Shown here one piece after another: positions 11,401-22,987 of a stretch of DNA of 64,000 nucleotides; position 1 is the first letter of the stretch; every line of letters begins with the position of its first letter. A program made the translations under genes and the position numbers. Under the pieces are notes generated by a model, which was not told the DNA's origin, searched no databases, and saw nothing but the letters and a program-made list of their open reading frames with translations. Source of the DNA: Bilabrum cf. latius (lineage: Eukaryota); the NCBI GenBank assembly GCA_965178125.1, contig OZ237743.1, forward strand, positions 1,302,001 to 1,366,000, given 5' to 3'.

Positions 11401-14400
11401 GAGTCGTCTCCACAGGGGACTCCTGGCCTGCTGCCCCCCCTGGTGGACCTGGAGGCCCTGGAGCAGGAGGCGCTCGGAGGGTCTCCGCGCGGGACCCGTG
11501 GCCTCGACGGAGAGGGGGAGGGGGAGAGGGAAGACCCCCTCCTGGCCTTTGCATTCCAGGCCCTGTCCGGAGACATCGCGGAGGGAGGGCTGGGACTCAA
11601 GGCCGGGGATGCGGCGCTGACGGACGCAGACGAAGCATCCGATGCTGCAGCTGCCATGGAGCGGGCCTTCCGTGCCGCGATCCAGCGGAAGCCAGATGTG
11701 GGCGAGGTCGGCCCTGACAGTGACAGCGACGGCGGGGAGGAGGGAGGCGGGCAGCTTGGAGGAGCGGGTGCAGGGAATGGTGGGGAACACTTCAGGCCCC
11801 CAGCCGCAGCAGCCGCCGAGGTGCGTGCCAAGACGGCCCGCAGCGTGGCCACGACTGCGCTTCACGCAGCGACAGCCGGCATCGGAGCCGCTGAGGCTGA
11901 GGCCGCTCGCCGAGAGGTGCGACTGTACCGCATGCTGGGGATCGTGCCCCGGCGGCAGTCAGTGCTGGTCATAGGGGAGGCCCCCTCGGCGCTGCAGCAG
12001 CTCTCCGGGGCGCTGACACCCGCCAACATCGCGGCGGCCAAGCACAGCAGCAGAGGGGCTGCCGAGGCCGGGGCTCGGCGGACAGCTGTCGCGGGTGCAG
12101 GGGGCGCGGCCGGTGCCAGTGGCCGGCGGGTGTCTCAGGTCTCGCAGCTGTCCGGGCTCATGCCTGGACGGGCCTCCCAGGGCGGCGTGGCGGCGGCGCT
12201 GTTGGGGCTGCCGGGCGGGGGCCGGGGCCTGGCTGGGCTGCTGGGGCAGAGGGGCAGGTCGGGGTCAGGGGCAGGCCCGGGGGAGAGGGCGGACCGAGGG
12301 GCCATCGACCACGCGCAGCTGCCGGGCATGTACGCGGTGCTAAACCGGAACAGGGCCAAGCACGGGGGCGGTAGCAGCGGGCAGGGCACGGGCAAGGGCA
12401 CGGGCGCCTTTGCCCTGCTGAACAAGGAGGGGATCGAGGCGGCGAGGGCGCCTGGGAGCGCCGTCCAGCAGAGCCACACGGTGACGGCTCTGACAGAGAG
12501 AGGCAGCCGGGCAGCCAGGGCGCAGAAGCGTCGCACCGTGAATGCGCATGGGGCGACGGGCAAGGGGAAGAAGGGCAGGAGGGGGTCAGTGCTGGGCGGG
12601 GCACAGCCGGGTCAGCGCGAGGACGCGGATGCAGCGGCAATCGAGGCCTCAGGTGGCAATGCGAGCGTTGCGCTCGGCCGGCTCGTCGCTGCGGGCGGGG
12701 CCCTGGAGGAGCGCGCGGTGCAGCGGCGCATCGATGAGCGAGGCCTGCCCCGTCGCACGCCCTCGCCCGAGCCGCTGCTCCCATACACGACGCGGAAGCC
12801 TGCCCCGGAGCCTAACCCTCTGCCCACGATGGAGGAGGTGCGGCAGGAGCTGGACCAGCAGGGGTCGGCCGCCGTGGGCAAGATGCTCCGGCAGCACCGC
12901 AGCGAAGTGGCGCGGGCGAACCACGCGATCGAGAAGAGTAGGAGGCGGATCACGGGCGCGGGTGCAGATGGTGAGGTGCTGGAGGGGCTGTACGACGAGG
13001 AACACGAGGATGGCCAAGGGCTGGAACAGGGCTCTTCCATCTTCGGGTTTGGAGAGGAGGAGGAAGAGGGCGAGGGGGGTGGGCCTCATGGCCTCGGAGA
13101 GGTAGACGGTGGAGAGGGGGGTGCGAGCGGGAGGCACGCGGCGGTGCGGCTGCCGAGCGGCCGTCTGGTCAGCGGGGATGGCACCTTGCCTCCGGGGCAG
13201 AGCCTGCGAGAGCTCTCGGTGCTGGACCAGCAGGCGGTGCGTGCCCTGCGGGACCGAGTGGCTGACGAGCAGTTCCTCGCATGGATGCAGCTGAGTGGGC
13301 TGGCGGGGGACGAGGGTGAGGCTAGGCGGATGGCCGGCCTCGAGACGGGCCCTCGGCGCTCGCACGGGCAGAGGGGGCTGCTCTCACACCCGTCCGAGCG
13401 AGATGTCGGGCGGGCGCTCGTGCCGATGGGGCGGGAGAGCAGATTGACGCAGGGAACAACGGGCTCCATGGGGACGGCAGGGACCGATGGAACTGCTGGT
13501 GGAGGAACGAGAGCTGCTGCTAGGCATGGAGTGGACGGCAGGGGGTCGGCAGGGAGCCTGCCCTCGCGCGGGGGTGGCGGTGTGGGCGATGGCGGGGAGT
13601 CGGTCGGGGGTGGGAGGAGGGGTGGGGGCCTCGCAGGCGGGCGCATTTCTAGGGGACGAATGCTTCGCGTGGCATCGGCGCGCACCAAGAAGGATGGCGC
13701 AATCGGAGAGGCAGAGGCAGGTGTTGGGCAGGAGATAGCCAACCGCCCGCGGCCTCCCGCCAGCAAGCCCGCCTGGAACCGAGCAGCAGGTGGCGGCAGG
13801 TCCCGTGCGCCCACCGGGACGGTTCCCATGGGGCAGCCACCGCCCTCGGGTCAAGGTGCTGGAGGCCCGCCCTCTGTCACAGCTGCCACTGAGGACATGA
13901 TCAGGCGCGCGCTGTGGGAGCGGGCGGGGGAGGGGGCATCGGATGGGCACGACGGGCATGACCATGGCGAGGGTGAACAGGGAGGGCAAGGAGAAGCGGG
14001 GGCTGCTGCGGCACGCAAAAAGAAGGGCAAGCGAATGGGTAGGGGCAGGGGCAAGGGACGATTCATCGCAAAGACTGCGTCAGAGGGGCTGGAGCGGTTG
14101 CATCCTGGGCTGGAGGGCGTGAACGAGCGCGATCTAGGGGCCGGGGATCGGTTCGAGCTGGCTCGGGTGAGGGCAGACCAGCGGCTCGGCAAGACCCTGG
14201 ATGCCCTAGCGAAGGGCAGGGCTGACGCGCTGTGGCATCGCATGGGCGCGCTGAGCACCGTGCTGGGAGACGGGTCCTCCAGGGAACAAGGGTCCGGTCT
14301 AGTGGCACTGGACCTGGCGCAGGAGAGCCTGGTGATGATGCGGGTACAGGCAGAGGTTGGCCGGCTGGCCGATGCAGAGGCAAAGAGGGCGGGACTCGGG

Positions 14401-15660
14401 TGGTTTAGACACCTCCTTCGCGTGCTAGTCTCGCAGCAGGCGCCGGGTGACGTGTCCCCCGCCCAGCGCTTGATCGTGCACCGGCTGGCACAGGCCCTCC
14501 GCATCAGCTCCACGCACGGCTCCAAGGCTCGCATCGCAGCCTCGGCGCACCCGCGGAAGCTCCCTCTGACCCTGCTGGGCGGACTGCTGGATGCCTTGGA
14601 GCCGCAGGAACTGGTTCTCCCCGGCGTGCAGCTGACCCTGGCGTTCCTGCGGCGCGCCATGGCTGTGCCCTTGCGCGTGTGGACCGCCATGCACGCAGCG
14701 AGAGGACAGCCCCCACCGTGTGAGGCAGTGCTGCAGCGGCTGTACCTGGAAAAGGAGAGAATCGCTGCGGAGGCGGCGCGAGGTGCATCTGCCGGAGCCA
14801 TGGGGAAGTCCAGTGCAGGTGTTGCAGCCGTGAAGGACGCAGCCCCTGTGGCAGGGGCATTGCCTTCAGCCCGGGGCCAGTGGGGGGCACAGGAGGACGG
14901 CTGGGCGGCGAGGGAGACAGGGCGGAGGCTCCTGTCGCTGCTTGGGGAACAGGGGCCGGCCATCGACCTGTCGCCGGGCAAGCAGGGCAAGAGGGGCAGT
15001 GATGGGAGGGAAGGCAAAATCGCGGCAGGGTTCGGGTTCACCGGCAGCAGCGGTCGCGGGGCCATTGCTGGACATTCGCTGCAGGCCTCCACCTCCCCTA
15101 TCGGCGGTGCAGCGAGCACGAAACAACCGGCAGAGGACCTGCTGCATCGCACTGGGAGTGCCGCTCCTCGAGACATCCACAGCGAGCTGCGCGCGCGGCA
15201 GGCCATCCTGCAGGGTGCCGCCAGTGGTGAAGCCCGCGCCATGGCCGCCAAGCCGCCCTCTCCCGCCCTCCTGCTGCAGCGCGAGTTTGACGCCTTCTAC
15301 GACGCCCTGCCCAAGGTGCCCAAGATACTAGCTTCACCGCTCAAGCAGAGGCAAGCGGGTGCAGGCAACGGCGGTGCAGACGACGCACGGCCCGGCCCGC
15401 CGCCCCGACCAGGGATAAATGCAGTGCATGCAGGTGCAGGTACAGGTACAGGTGGCTCGAGCCGGGACTCGCCCCCCGTGCCGGCCCGGCGGCAGGGGAT
15501 CCTGGACAAGCTGGGGCCCGAGGACCGGGCGCTGCTCCCCAGGGCACTACGGGAGGAGCTGGACGGGACTGTACTGCGGCGGGTGAAAGAAGAGATCGGG
15601 CTAGGGGGGCACTTGCTCGGGGAAGAGGTACAGGACCGTGAGGGTGCGGGGGCCTCGTGA
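5482..15660 (+). CDS. Giant (~3,390 aa) low-complexity Gly/Ala/Arg/Ser-rich hypothetical protein; 9 in-frame TAG; true start uncertain (a short upstream exon from ATG 5351 is possible)
   Basis: Supplied ORFs 5896, 7102, 7471, 8293, 10087, 10696 and 11143 are all in frame +1. They are separated only by TAG (5572, 5749, 7093, 7390, 8203, 9946, 10576, 11080, 11122). The first TAA/TGA is the TGA at 15658. Confidence 0.75.
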
Positions 15661-16392
15661 TGTTCTTGAACGCAGGCCTACGATCGGGGCGTCAGTAGCG
15701 GTTCACTGTGTCCATTTGAAAGGACATCTATTACCAATTGTATTAGGCTTTGTTGCTTTAATGTCCGGCCACAAACGATCATCATCAGGTCCACAAGCTA
15801 ATGCACAAAGGACAGCCGCAGCGATGGTTGCCCAAACCAATGAATCTGCCGAAGTTAACCATGTGCTGCGCATGAGCGGCATGAAGCAAAGTACCAGATA
15901 CATGTGTGTTGACAGATGTATTGAGGTCCAGAACGACCCAAAATTATGCGCATTTTAGCCCGGAGCAGCTTGATGTGCCACACGGTGATGTGACGCTGCA
16001 GTTGCAGTTGGCCGGATCGCAACAAAATAGCTGCACAAATCGACTGTATCGGGAACAAAATTCTCAGTTCGACGCCATCAAGTAAAACTTCATATATCGT
16101 TTGCTTGATTTCTCGCTTAGGAGCGGCTAGAATATCGTTTTGCTTCCCTACTACTGATTTTGAGCTGTGACGGTCGTCAACTGCAACCAGTGACATGGCA
16201 TAGCAAAAAAAGGGCGACGCTGCTACTGAGGTTCAGTGTAGATGTCCACTCAGTCATATGTATGATCAAGCTGGGACGATGAAGGAATAGACCGGAACGG
16301 ATGTTAGTGCGTCTCTAGAAGCCGACTTCTACAAGTTCAACCCCATGCTAGCGATCACCAGCGTGACGGCCTCGGATTATGCGGCATGCAAG

Positions 16393-18675
16393 ATGGGGAA
16401 TGTCAACGCACCGAGGTCTGGACGAGGAAATTCCTCATTCCATCAAAATTGCAGGTCGCCAGCGTCACCACAAAGCAAAGGCTCGGGGCTCAGACCCGCA
16501 GGGGGCCTGGCCCAGTTTATGCCACCGCCGAGCAGAGGCTTTCATCATCGGCAATCGGGGCCCGACGAGGGCAAGGTAGGCAAACGCACAGCAAAGGCAA
16601 ATGTTGACACGATCCTTGCCCTGAGGAGACACCTGAATCGACTGGGTTCAGAGGTGAAGCGGCTGCACACCGGCAAGTGTTACATTTGCGGGGAATGGGG
16701 ACGTGTCGCTCGCCGCACGTGCTGCTCCGCCACTCGGCACTTCGAGTGCGAGTGCGAGTGGCAGAGACAGAACCCCGACAAATGGACACTGGTGGCGCGA
16801 GTAGATCCCGCCGCAGAGGCCAAACGCAGGCTTCAGGATCGCCGAAAGCAGGAGCGGCGGGCAGCGGCCACGTCATCATGTGGCCAGCCCATCGATAGCC
16901 GATCGAATCGAGCCCAGCTGGGTGCCAACGATGCGAAGAGTACATCAGGGCCATTAAATGCTTCATCGCGTGGCTCGGTGTGCTCTTTGCACCGGAGTGA
17001 CTCGCTGGAGATCGTGCTGGCAGCGCGTGGACTGGGCGTGGCATGCCGCGGGCCAGCAGCTACCGCAACAAGATCTCGTCCCTCTACTACCACGGACAGA
17101 GCATCTTCAATGGTCGACAAAGAACTGATAGCTGCAGCCCGTGGCTGGGAGTACATGAAGGTGCCTGCGTCACCCACGGATGCTGCCTTCCTGCGCATGG
17201 TGAGGGCCATGCACGGCCAGGGGGTGCAGCTCTTCCAGGTGCTCCCTTGTTCCCTGTGCAAGGAGCCGTGGCTCGTGGTGCCTGCCAGAGGGGACTTCCG
17301 GCCGCTTCTGCCGAGCGAATTGGCAGAGCTGGAGGACCAGCGGCACGATGAGGCCATGGAATCGTATGTGCCCATCACCGAGGAAGATGTGCTGCAGCAA
17401 GCGGGTGCGAGCGGTGCTCTGGAGATGGAGGGCGAGCCCCCTGCTTGCAGCTACGGGGCATTTCTCCAATGGATGGGTGTTTCGTCTGCTGCTGGCATGG
17501 TTGGAACCCTGCTGGCCCTGCTGGTATTCCTGTGCCTCCCGGTTGGGCTGCTGGCAGCCGCGTGCATGGAGCAGCGCAACGATGCGAACGATGACACCAG
17601 TGAGACAGAAGTTCTGGCTCTCTGCAGTGCTATTGGTCTGTGTGGCGGGGTCCTATTGTACGTGGTAGGCAGGTACACGATCCGGTGGCTGGCAGCGGCC
17701 AGGTGCAGGTGTAGCAGGTGCTGTCCAGGCTGTAGGGGCTGCTGCTCCTCGCAGCAGCACAGCCCAAGCCCCAATGGCACCTTCCCCTAGCTAACCGACG
17801 AACAGAATGTAGAGCGGGCGAGGAATGTTGCAGAGCTGGAAGAGCTGGTGGGCAAGCACATGGCTGGGGGGCGCGGACGAGCCCAATCCACCTCTGCCCT
17901 GCCCGATGCCGATGCAGAGAATGCTCGCCCAGTGGAGGCTGCTTCTAGCCGATGCATTCCTATGGACTCTGTGTCGACCGTTGTGGCAGTATCCACGCCT
18001 AGCAGCACCTCTGGAAGTCTTGAATAGAAGGTCGGCTGCGGCGAGGACTCTGCGGCCACCGTCCGTCTGCACTCGTTGGACTCAAGCGGGCCAGGTCGCG
18101 CCGGGCCTGCGGCTGACCCCCAAGGTAGCTGCCTCCGAATTAAGGTCCCTGCTTCCAGCATTTAGGTCCCTACTTCTAGCACCGATCCGCTGGAGCAGGC
18201 CAGGGCAGTTGCGCATGCCAGCGCCCTGCAGCCATCCAGGCGTCGGGCTGCGGCTGACTCCGACGGATCTGCAGATAGACTGCAGCCGCATGAGCTGTCC
18301 ACGCCGCAGCCAGGAGCCATCGGCATCCAGCAAGCGCTGTCAAGCGGGGTGATCAGCCCGGGGGTAGCCGCAGCTTTGGCTGGCCTGCAGTAGCTCCCTC
18401 CCCCGGCGGTTGAGCAGCGAGATCCTGGCAGTCATCTTTCGAGTTCAGCCTGCAGGGTTCACGCTGTGGTTGCCTCTGGCAGTCCGATGTCAGGCAATCC
18501 GGAATTGGAATGCACAAACGGGATTGCCCCAACTATACAAGGGGTAGATGCTGGGGCAGTGCAGTCAAGTATACAGACTGGATCTTTGGGCAGAGGCCGT
18601 GATTGGGTATCGAGGGCAAGGCAAGCTCAGCTGCGGACTCGAATACGGTCTGCGGGTGACGTCTCAGAGGCATGA
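16393..18675 (+). CDS. MARCH-like protein (RING-CH-like motif + 2 predicted TM helices), ~760 aa; 4 in-frame TAG
   Basis: MGN start; CYIC...TCC...HFEC..W and a distal CSLCK, then two hydrophobic helices. Frame +1 continues through TAG 17788, 18025, 18163 and 18391 to TGA. Confidence 0.6.
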
Positions 18676-19007
18676 CTGAAGAATTCACACCAATGAATAG
18701 AACTGTCCATGCAGGGGAAGCACATACCAGAACTTGTTCCTGCACCCGCGCACACCATCCACCCCTTGGATCTTTTTCTTCTATGAGGCAAGGGGTACCT
18801 ACCTAACCCCACAGACCGGGCAGGTGGTCTGGATTTGGAACGGCTCCGAATGATCGGATCAGGACTAACAATTATTGCTAATTACAGTGAAGACTGGATC
18901 GTGCCGGAGAATGCCTCATTAGCTCGGCTTTGTGCAAGGTAGCCAGCACACGAACCCAAGGTACTACTAGTATCCCGCATCCCTATCCTGCGCGCGTCAC
19001 ATCTGGA

Positions 19008-20945
19008 TCAATCGGACTCCAACGAGCTCCAGCTCGCCGTCATGGCTCGTTCCTGCTCCTGCTCGTGACCAGCCGACCAATCATCATCCCGCCGACGATC
19101 GACATCCTCTCCTCTTACCCCTGCCTGATGCCTCCTGTACTGCTCCCTCAGCTGGGTCACTTCTCTCTTCATAGATTCCATCGTGCCTGGCCCTGCCGTG
19201 CCGTCTCGGTCCCGGTCCACGTCCAGCCCGGCACCTGTCATGAAGCTGGCACCGGCCGGCTCCAAACCAGCCGACACCGTCCCCATATCCCCGCCGTCCA
19301 CCACACCAGCACTCTGCAGCCTTGCCTGGTCTCTGACCATCTGTCGGATAGAGGCACCGACCTGCACATGCATGGCATTGTGGTGCTCCGCGCTACTGCC
19401 CACGCTGCCCCTGCCCCGACCCCTGCCCCCACTCCTGCTGTTGGGAGTGCTGCTGCTCCCAGTCCCCCCGATCCCCACGGACCCCTGCTCATCCATCATC
19501 GCCGCCGTGTCACCTACACCGCCGGTCAGGTCAACGACGCCATCGAACACGTCTCCGTCTCCGGCCCCGAACCTGCCGCCACTCCCGTTTGGTCTTTCAG
19601 TGCTCCTGCCCCGCGAGAACGATTCCCCGAGGAATGATCCCCTCAGCATGGACCGTCTCATCGCTGATGCCTCGCCCGCCCCGCAGCTCCCGTTTGTCAT
19701 CGAGCCCGAGTTACGTGATGCAAGCAGGCTTAGCACACCGCCACCGCTCTGGACTTGTCCGTTGTAGCACTCTAGCGCCGCACCTGCCGCGCCGCCTTTA
19801 CGCGTCAGCCGGCGCCTGGTGGACCCTGGTATCCCACCCGCCACGAGGTCAGTGGCACCGGTGGGCTGAGCGACGGTCTCGCGGTCCTCTTCCTCGTCCC
19901 GCTCCTGCTCACCGACGAGCTGCCCAGCAGCATTGCTAGCAGAGCCGCGATTGCGGAATGGCCTCGGTCTCTATGGCTTCTTCTTGCCACTTTCTTCGAC
20001 TTCGATGGGATCCTCACTGGAGTGGTAGCACTACGATGTGAACGCCGGCCCATGCGAGATCTCGCCGAGCCGTTTCGATACGTGCTCACCTTCTGGCCGA
20101 CCGCCCCCGGAGCTCGTGCCCAGGAACGATCCGCCACCTGACATGAAGCTCCCTGCAGTTGCACTCATGGCTGTCGCAGTTGTTCTTTTCAGCCCCATCA
20201 ACGAGCCCGCCTCACCTGTCCTGTCCATCGCTGTGGGGAGGAGCAGCCCGACCCGACCGCGGCCTCCGCGCTTTTGGCCGTTTGGTAGCGCCGAATCATT
20301 ATCAGAGCATGCTGGATTAACTTCATCAAAGCTTTTTGCTCCGCTGTCGGTAAGATCGACTGCTCGATGGCCCAGCCTTCCCTCGTACTCGGGCATCTCC
20401 AAGGGCAGGACTTGCTTGAGAAATGCCCGCTCTCTTCTAAGTTCTGCTAGTGATGCGCTCGCTTGCGTGTTTTGAGTGTCTACATGATCACTCTTCGCTG
20501 TGACAAACTCAGTAGACTGGTGCTTCCCTCCCGAACTGACGTGGCCCTGCGATGCCGATGGTACTGGAGCAGGTGAACTTGTTGCGAGCAGGTACGCGAT
20601 TTGCAAAAGGCATATAGGATTGTTAGAGACAACTCTACATTTCCAATCAGTTGCATGATCATTCTGGGGTTCATGTTGCCTACAAGCGACCAGGCGGGCT
20701 GAAGTTGGGTCTTCGGTATCGGATTTTCCGTTCCGAACATGGAGCCTTACACCTGCGGATATTAAGAATTATTCAGATTACAATTCAACTGTGCCAGCAC
20801 TTATCCTATATGGCTGCCCAACAGGGTGAACTTGTTCACCCTCTTGGCCAAGCCATTTGTTGAACACTGCTAGGTGAGACACCCAGCCACCAAGCTTACC
20901 TGTTTGTATCATCTCATCATTGGAAGCTGATGCACAAAGTCCCAT
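19008..20945 (-). CDS. Hypothetical protein, tandem paralog A (MGLCAS start; LPLEMPEYEG motif); intron-containing 5' end, 2 in-frame TAG
   Basis: First exon MGLCASASNDEMIQT followed by a GTAAG donor. ORFs 20606-20031 and 19844-19008 share one frame, joined via TAG 20031 and 19971. Ends TGA. Middle exon boundaries unresolved. Confidence 0.62.
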
Positions 20946-21089
20946 GCTTTGGCTAAATGGCGTATGCTTGTGCTATGGTTGGACAGTGCGTGAGGTCGCC
21001 AAGTTGGTCGCAATCCCGAACCGGAACTAACGAAACACCGTGACCGATTGCATCAATTTGCTCAATTACAACAGGTCGGTTTCAAATGT

Positions 21090-22897
21090 TCAGTTGCTGC
21101 TGGACGAGCTCCAGCTTGCCGTGAATCTGCCGTCATCGCTGCTCTCCTACTAGTACCCCGCAGACAGCTTCCCCCCTGACCGCATCGCCGCAACTCGACT
21201 GGCACCCTTGCCTCCACGTGGTCCCTTCTCCCTATCCCTGGCCTGCTGCCTCTTCCATTGCTCCCTCAGCTGCGCCACTTCTCTCCTCATAGACATCACT
21301 GTGCCCGCCCCAGGCGTGATCACGCTCTCGGCGTCCATCTCGTCCAACTTGTCCGTATCGCGGCCTGTGCCGCGAAGGATCACCGAGCCGATCTAATTCT
21401 GGCTGGGCATGCCTCCTGCCTCATCATTGGCGTCTGCATCTGCGCCCCTGCCTGCATCGGTGCTGGCATTCCAGACTTGCTGCACCCTTGCTTTAGTCTG
21501 GGAATCCAGAGTGTCTGCTAGCTTTGCCAGCGCTGCGTTGCGCCGCATCAAGCTGCTGCACGCGCTGCTCCGTGCACTCCTCCCGTCCTCGCTGCACTGC
21601 TCCCCAGGCTCCTGGCGACTCTCCTCTCGTTCTGCATCATGTTCCCCGCCCACTTGGGGGACAAACAGAGCTGACCCCCGCCCCGGGTCACCCAAAAACG
21701 AGCCACCCAGGAATGAACCACCCAGAAACGAGCCGCCCATCAAGGAGGCGCTGCCTACCCCCGCGCTGCCGCTGCCCTCCTTGGGTCTGCCCTAGCCCTG
21801 ATGCAGCTTGCCACTCCTCTCTATCTAAGACGCGCCGGACTGTTCCCTGGAACCAGAGGTGCTAAGTTCCTCGGTGCCGTTGTGCTGGCGGGACTGTTCC
21901 TTGGTGCTGTTGTGCTGGCCAACCATTCCTGCGCCTGGCCTCTCCTTGCTTCCTTTGCTGTCCGTGCCGCCGCTGGTCTAGCTGCCATCCGCAGACCCTG
22001 ACCCTGTGTGCTCTATGACAGAAGCTGTAGGGCCTTCGCGCACTTGGGCATCTTCATCCACAACTGACAGCACGCTCCCCCCCCGCCCCAGATGTGCCCC
22101 GTCGAGTTGCATGTGGGAGCCGCCCCCACCCGAGGATGCGAGGCTGCGGATTCTACGGGGATCGAAATCGCCTGCTTGCGTAGTGCAGCTGTCTATGCCC
22201 AAGTCATCCGACGACGGCAAGTATCCCTTGCTGGCTTGTGGCGCACCATTCGATGCGGTCGGACGACTAGCAACACGCCTGGACCCCCCTTGCAAGCTGG
22301 GACTGTCTGGGTGTGCAGCCACGGTCAGGTCTATGGCGGCATGACCAAGCATCCCTTCGTACTCAGGCATTTCTAAGGGCAAAACACCACTCAAATGCAT
22401 CTGCTCGCGACGCAGATCCCTCCACTCGGCGCGTCGCCTTTGCCGTGCAGACTCGGCGGTAGATCTGTCGTCCTGCGAGCGGCAGCGGTCAGCAACACAG
22501 GCAAGAAGATGTGTAACCAAGAAATGTTTATCTTAAGACATGCACAGTATTTCTCGTGGCTTTTGCTGTAAGAGGAAATACGTTTGATTTGCCGCGCCTC
22601 TTGGCTTCGATTTGGCTTCGTCTCGGTCTCACTGGCTTTGATTCCGATTGTGTACTCGCTGTGAGCGGTAAAAGAAGGGATCGACGCAAGCTGGAAACAT
22701 TACGCAGAGAGCATGGCATGCGCCGCGGGCAGCCAGAAAGCCATAGATAGGCAGCAGGCTGGAAATATTGAGCAGAGATCGACGCAAGCTTGTTCAGAAA
22801 CACAAAATCTATTGCAATCTTCACGTAGTGTATAGATCTTACCAATTTCTACGTTCGGATCGGATTCACTAATAGCAGAGGATCCACATAACCCCAT
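21090..22897 (-). CDS. Hypothetical protein, tandem paralog B (MGLCGS start; LPLEMPEYEG motif); 6 in-frame TAG
   Basis: First exon MGLCGSSAISESDPNVEI followed by a GTAAG donor in the same phase as paralog A. ORFs 22520, 21743 and 21383 share one frame (TAG 21978, 21825, 21792, 21393, 21150, 21147). Ends TGA 21090-21092. Confidence 0.62.
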
Positions 22898-22987
22898 ACA
22901 CGGCAACTTGAAGTACTGACGTAGGCCTAGTCGAAATCGCAGCAGCACGATGACGACGACTGCTGTCATTGTTGGTCGCAAGTATGG

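Noticed and set aside
5256-15547. Numerous long antisense and alternative-frame ORFs in the supplied track
   Set aside because: They are shadows of GC-rich coding sequence: Pro/Arg/Ser-rich, with no motifs, overlapping better-supported genes.
15700-16200. Small gene between the giant ORF and the MARCH-like gene
   Set aside because: Several short frames exist on both strands, but none has a recognisable motif or a consistent splice model, so it cannot be supported.
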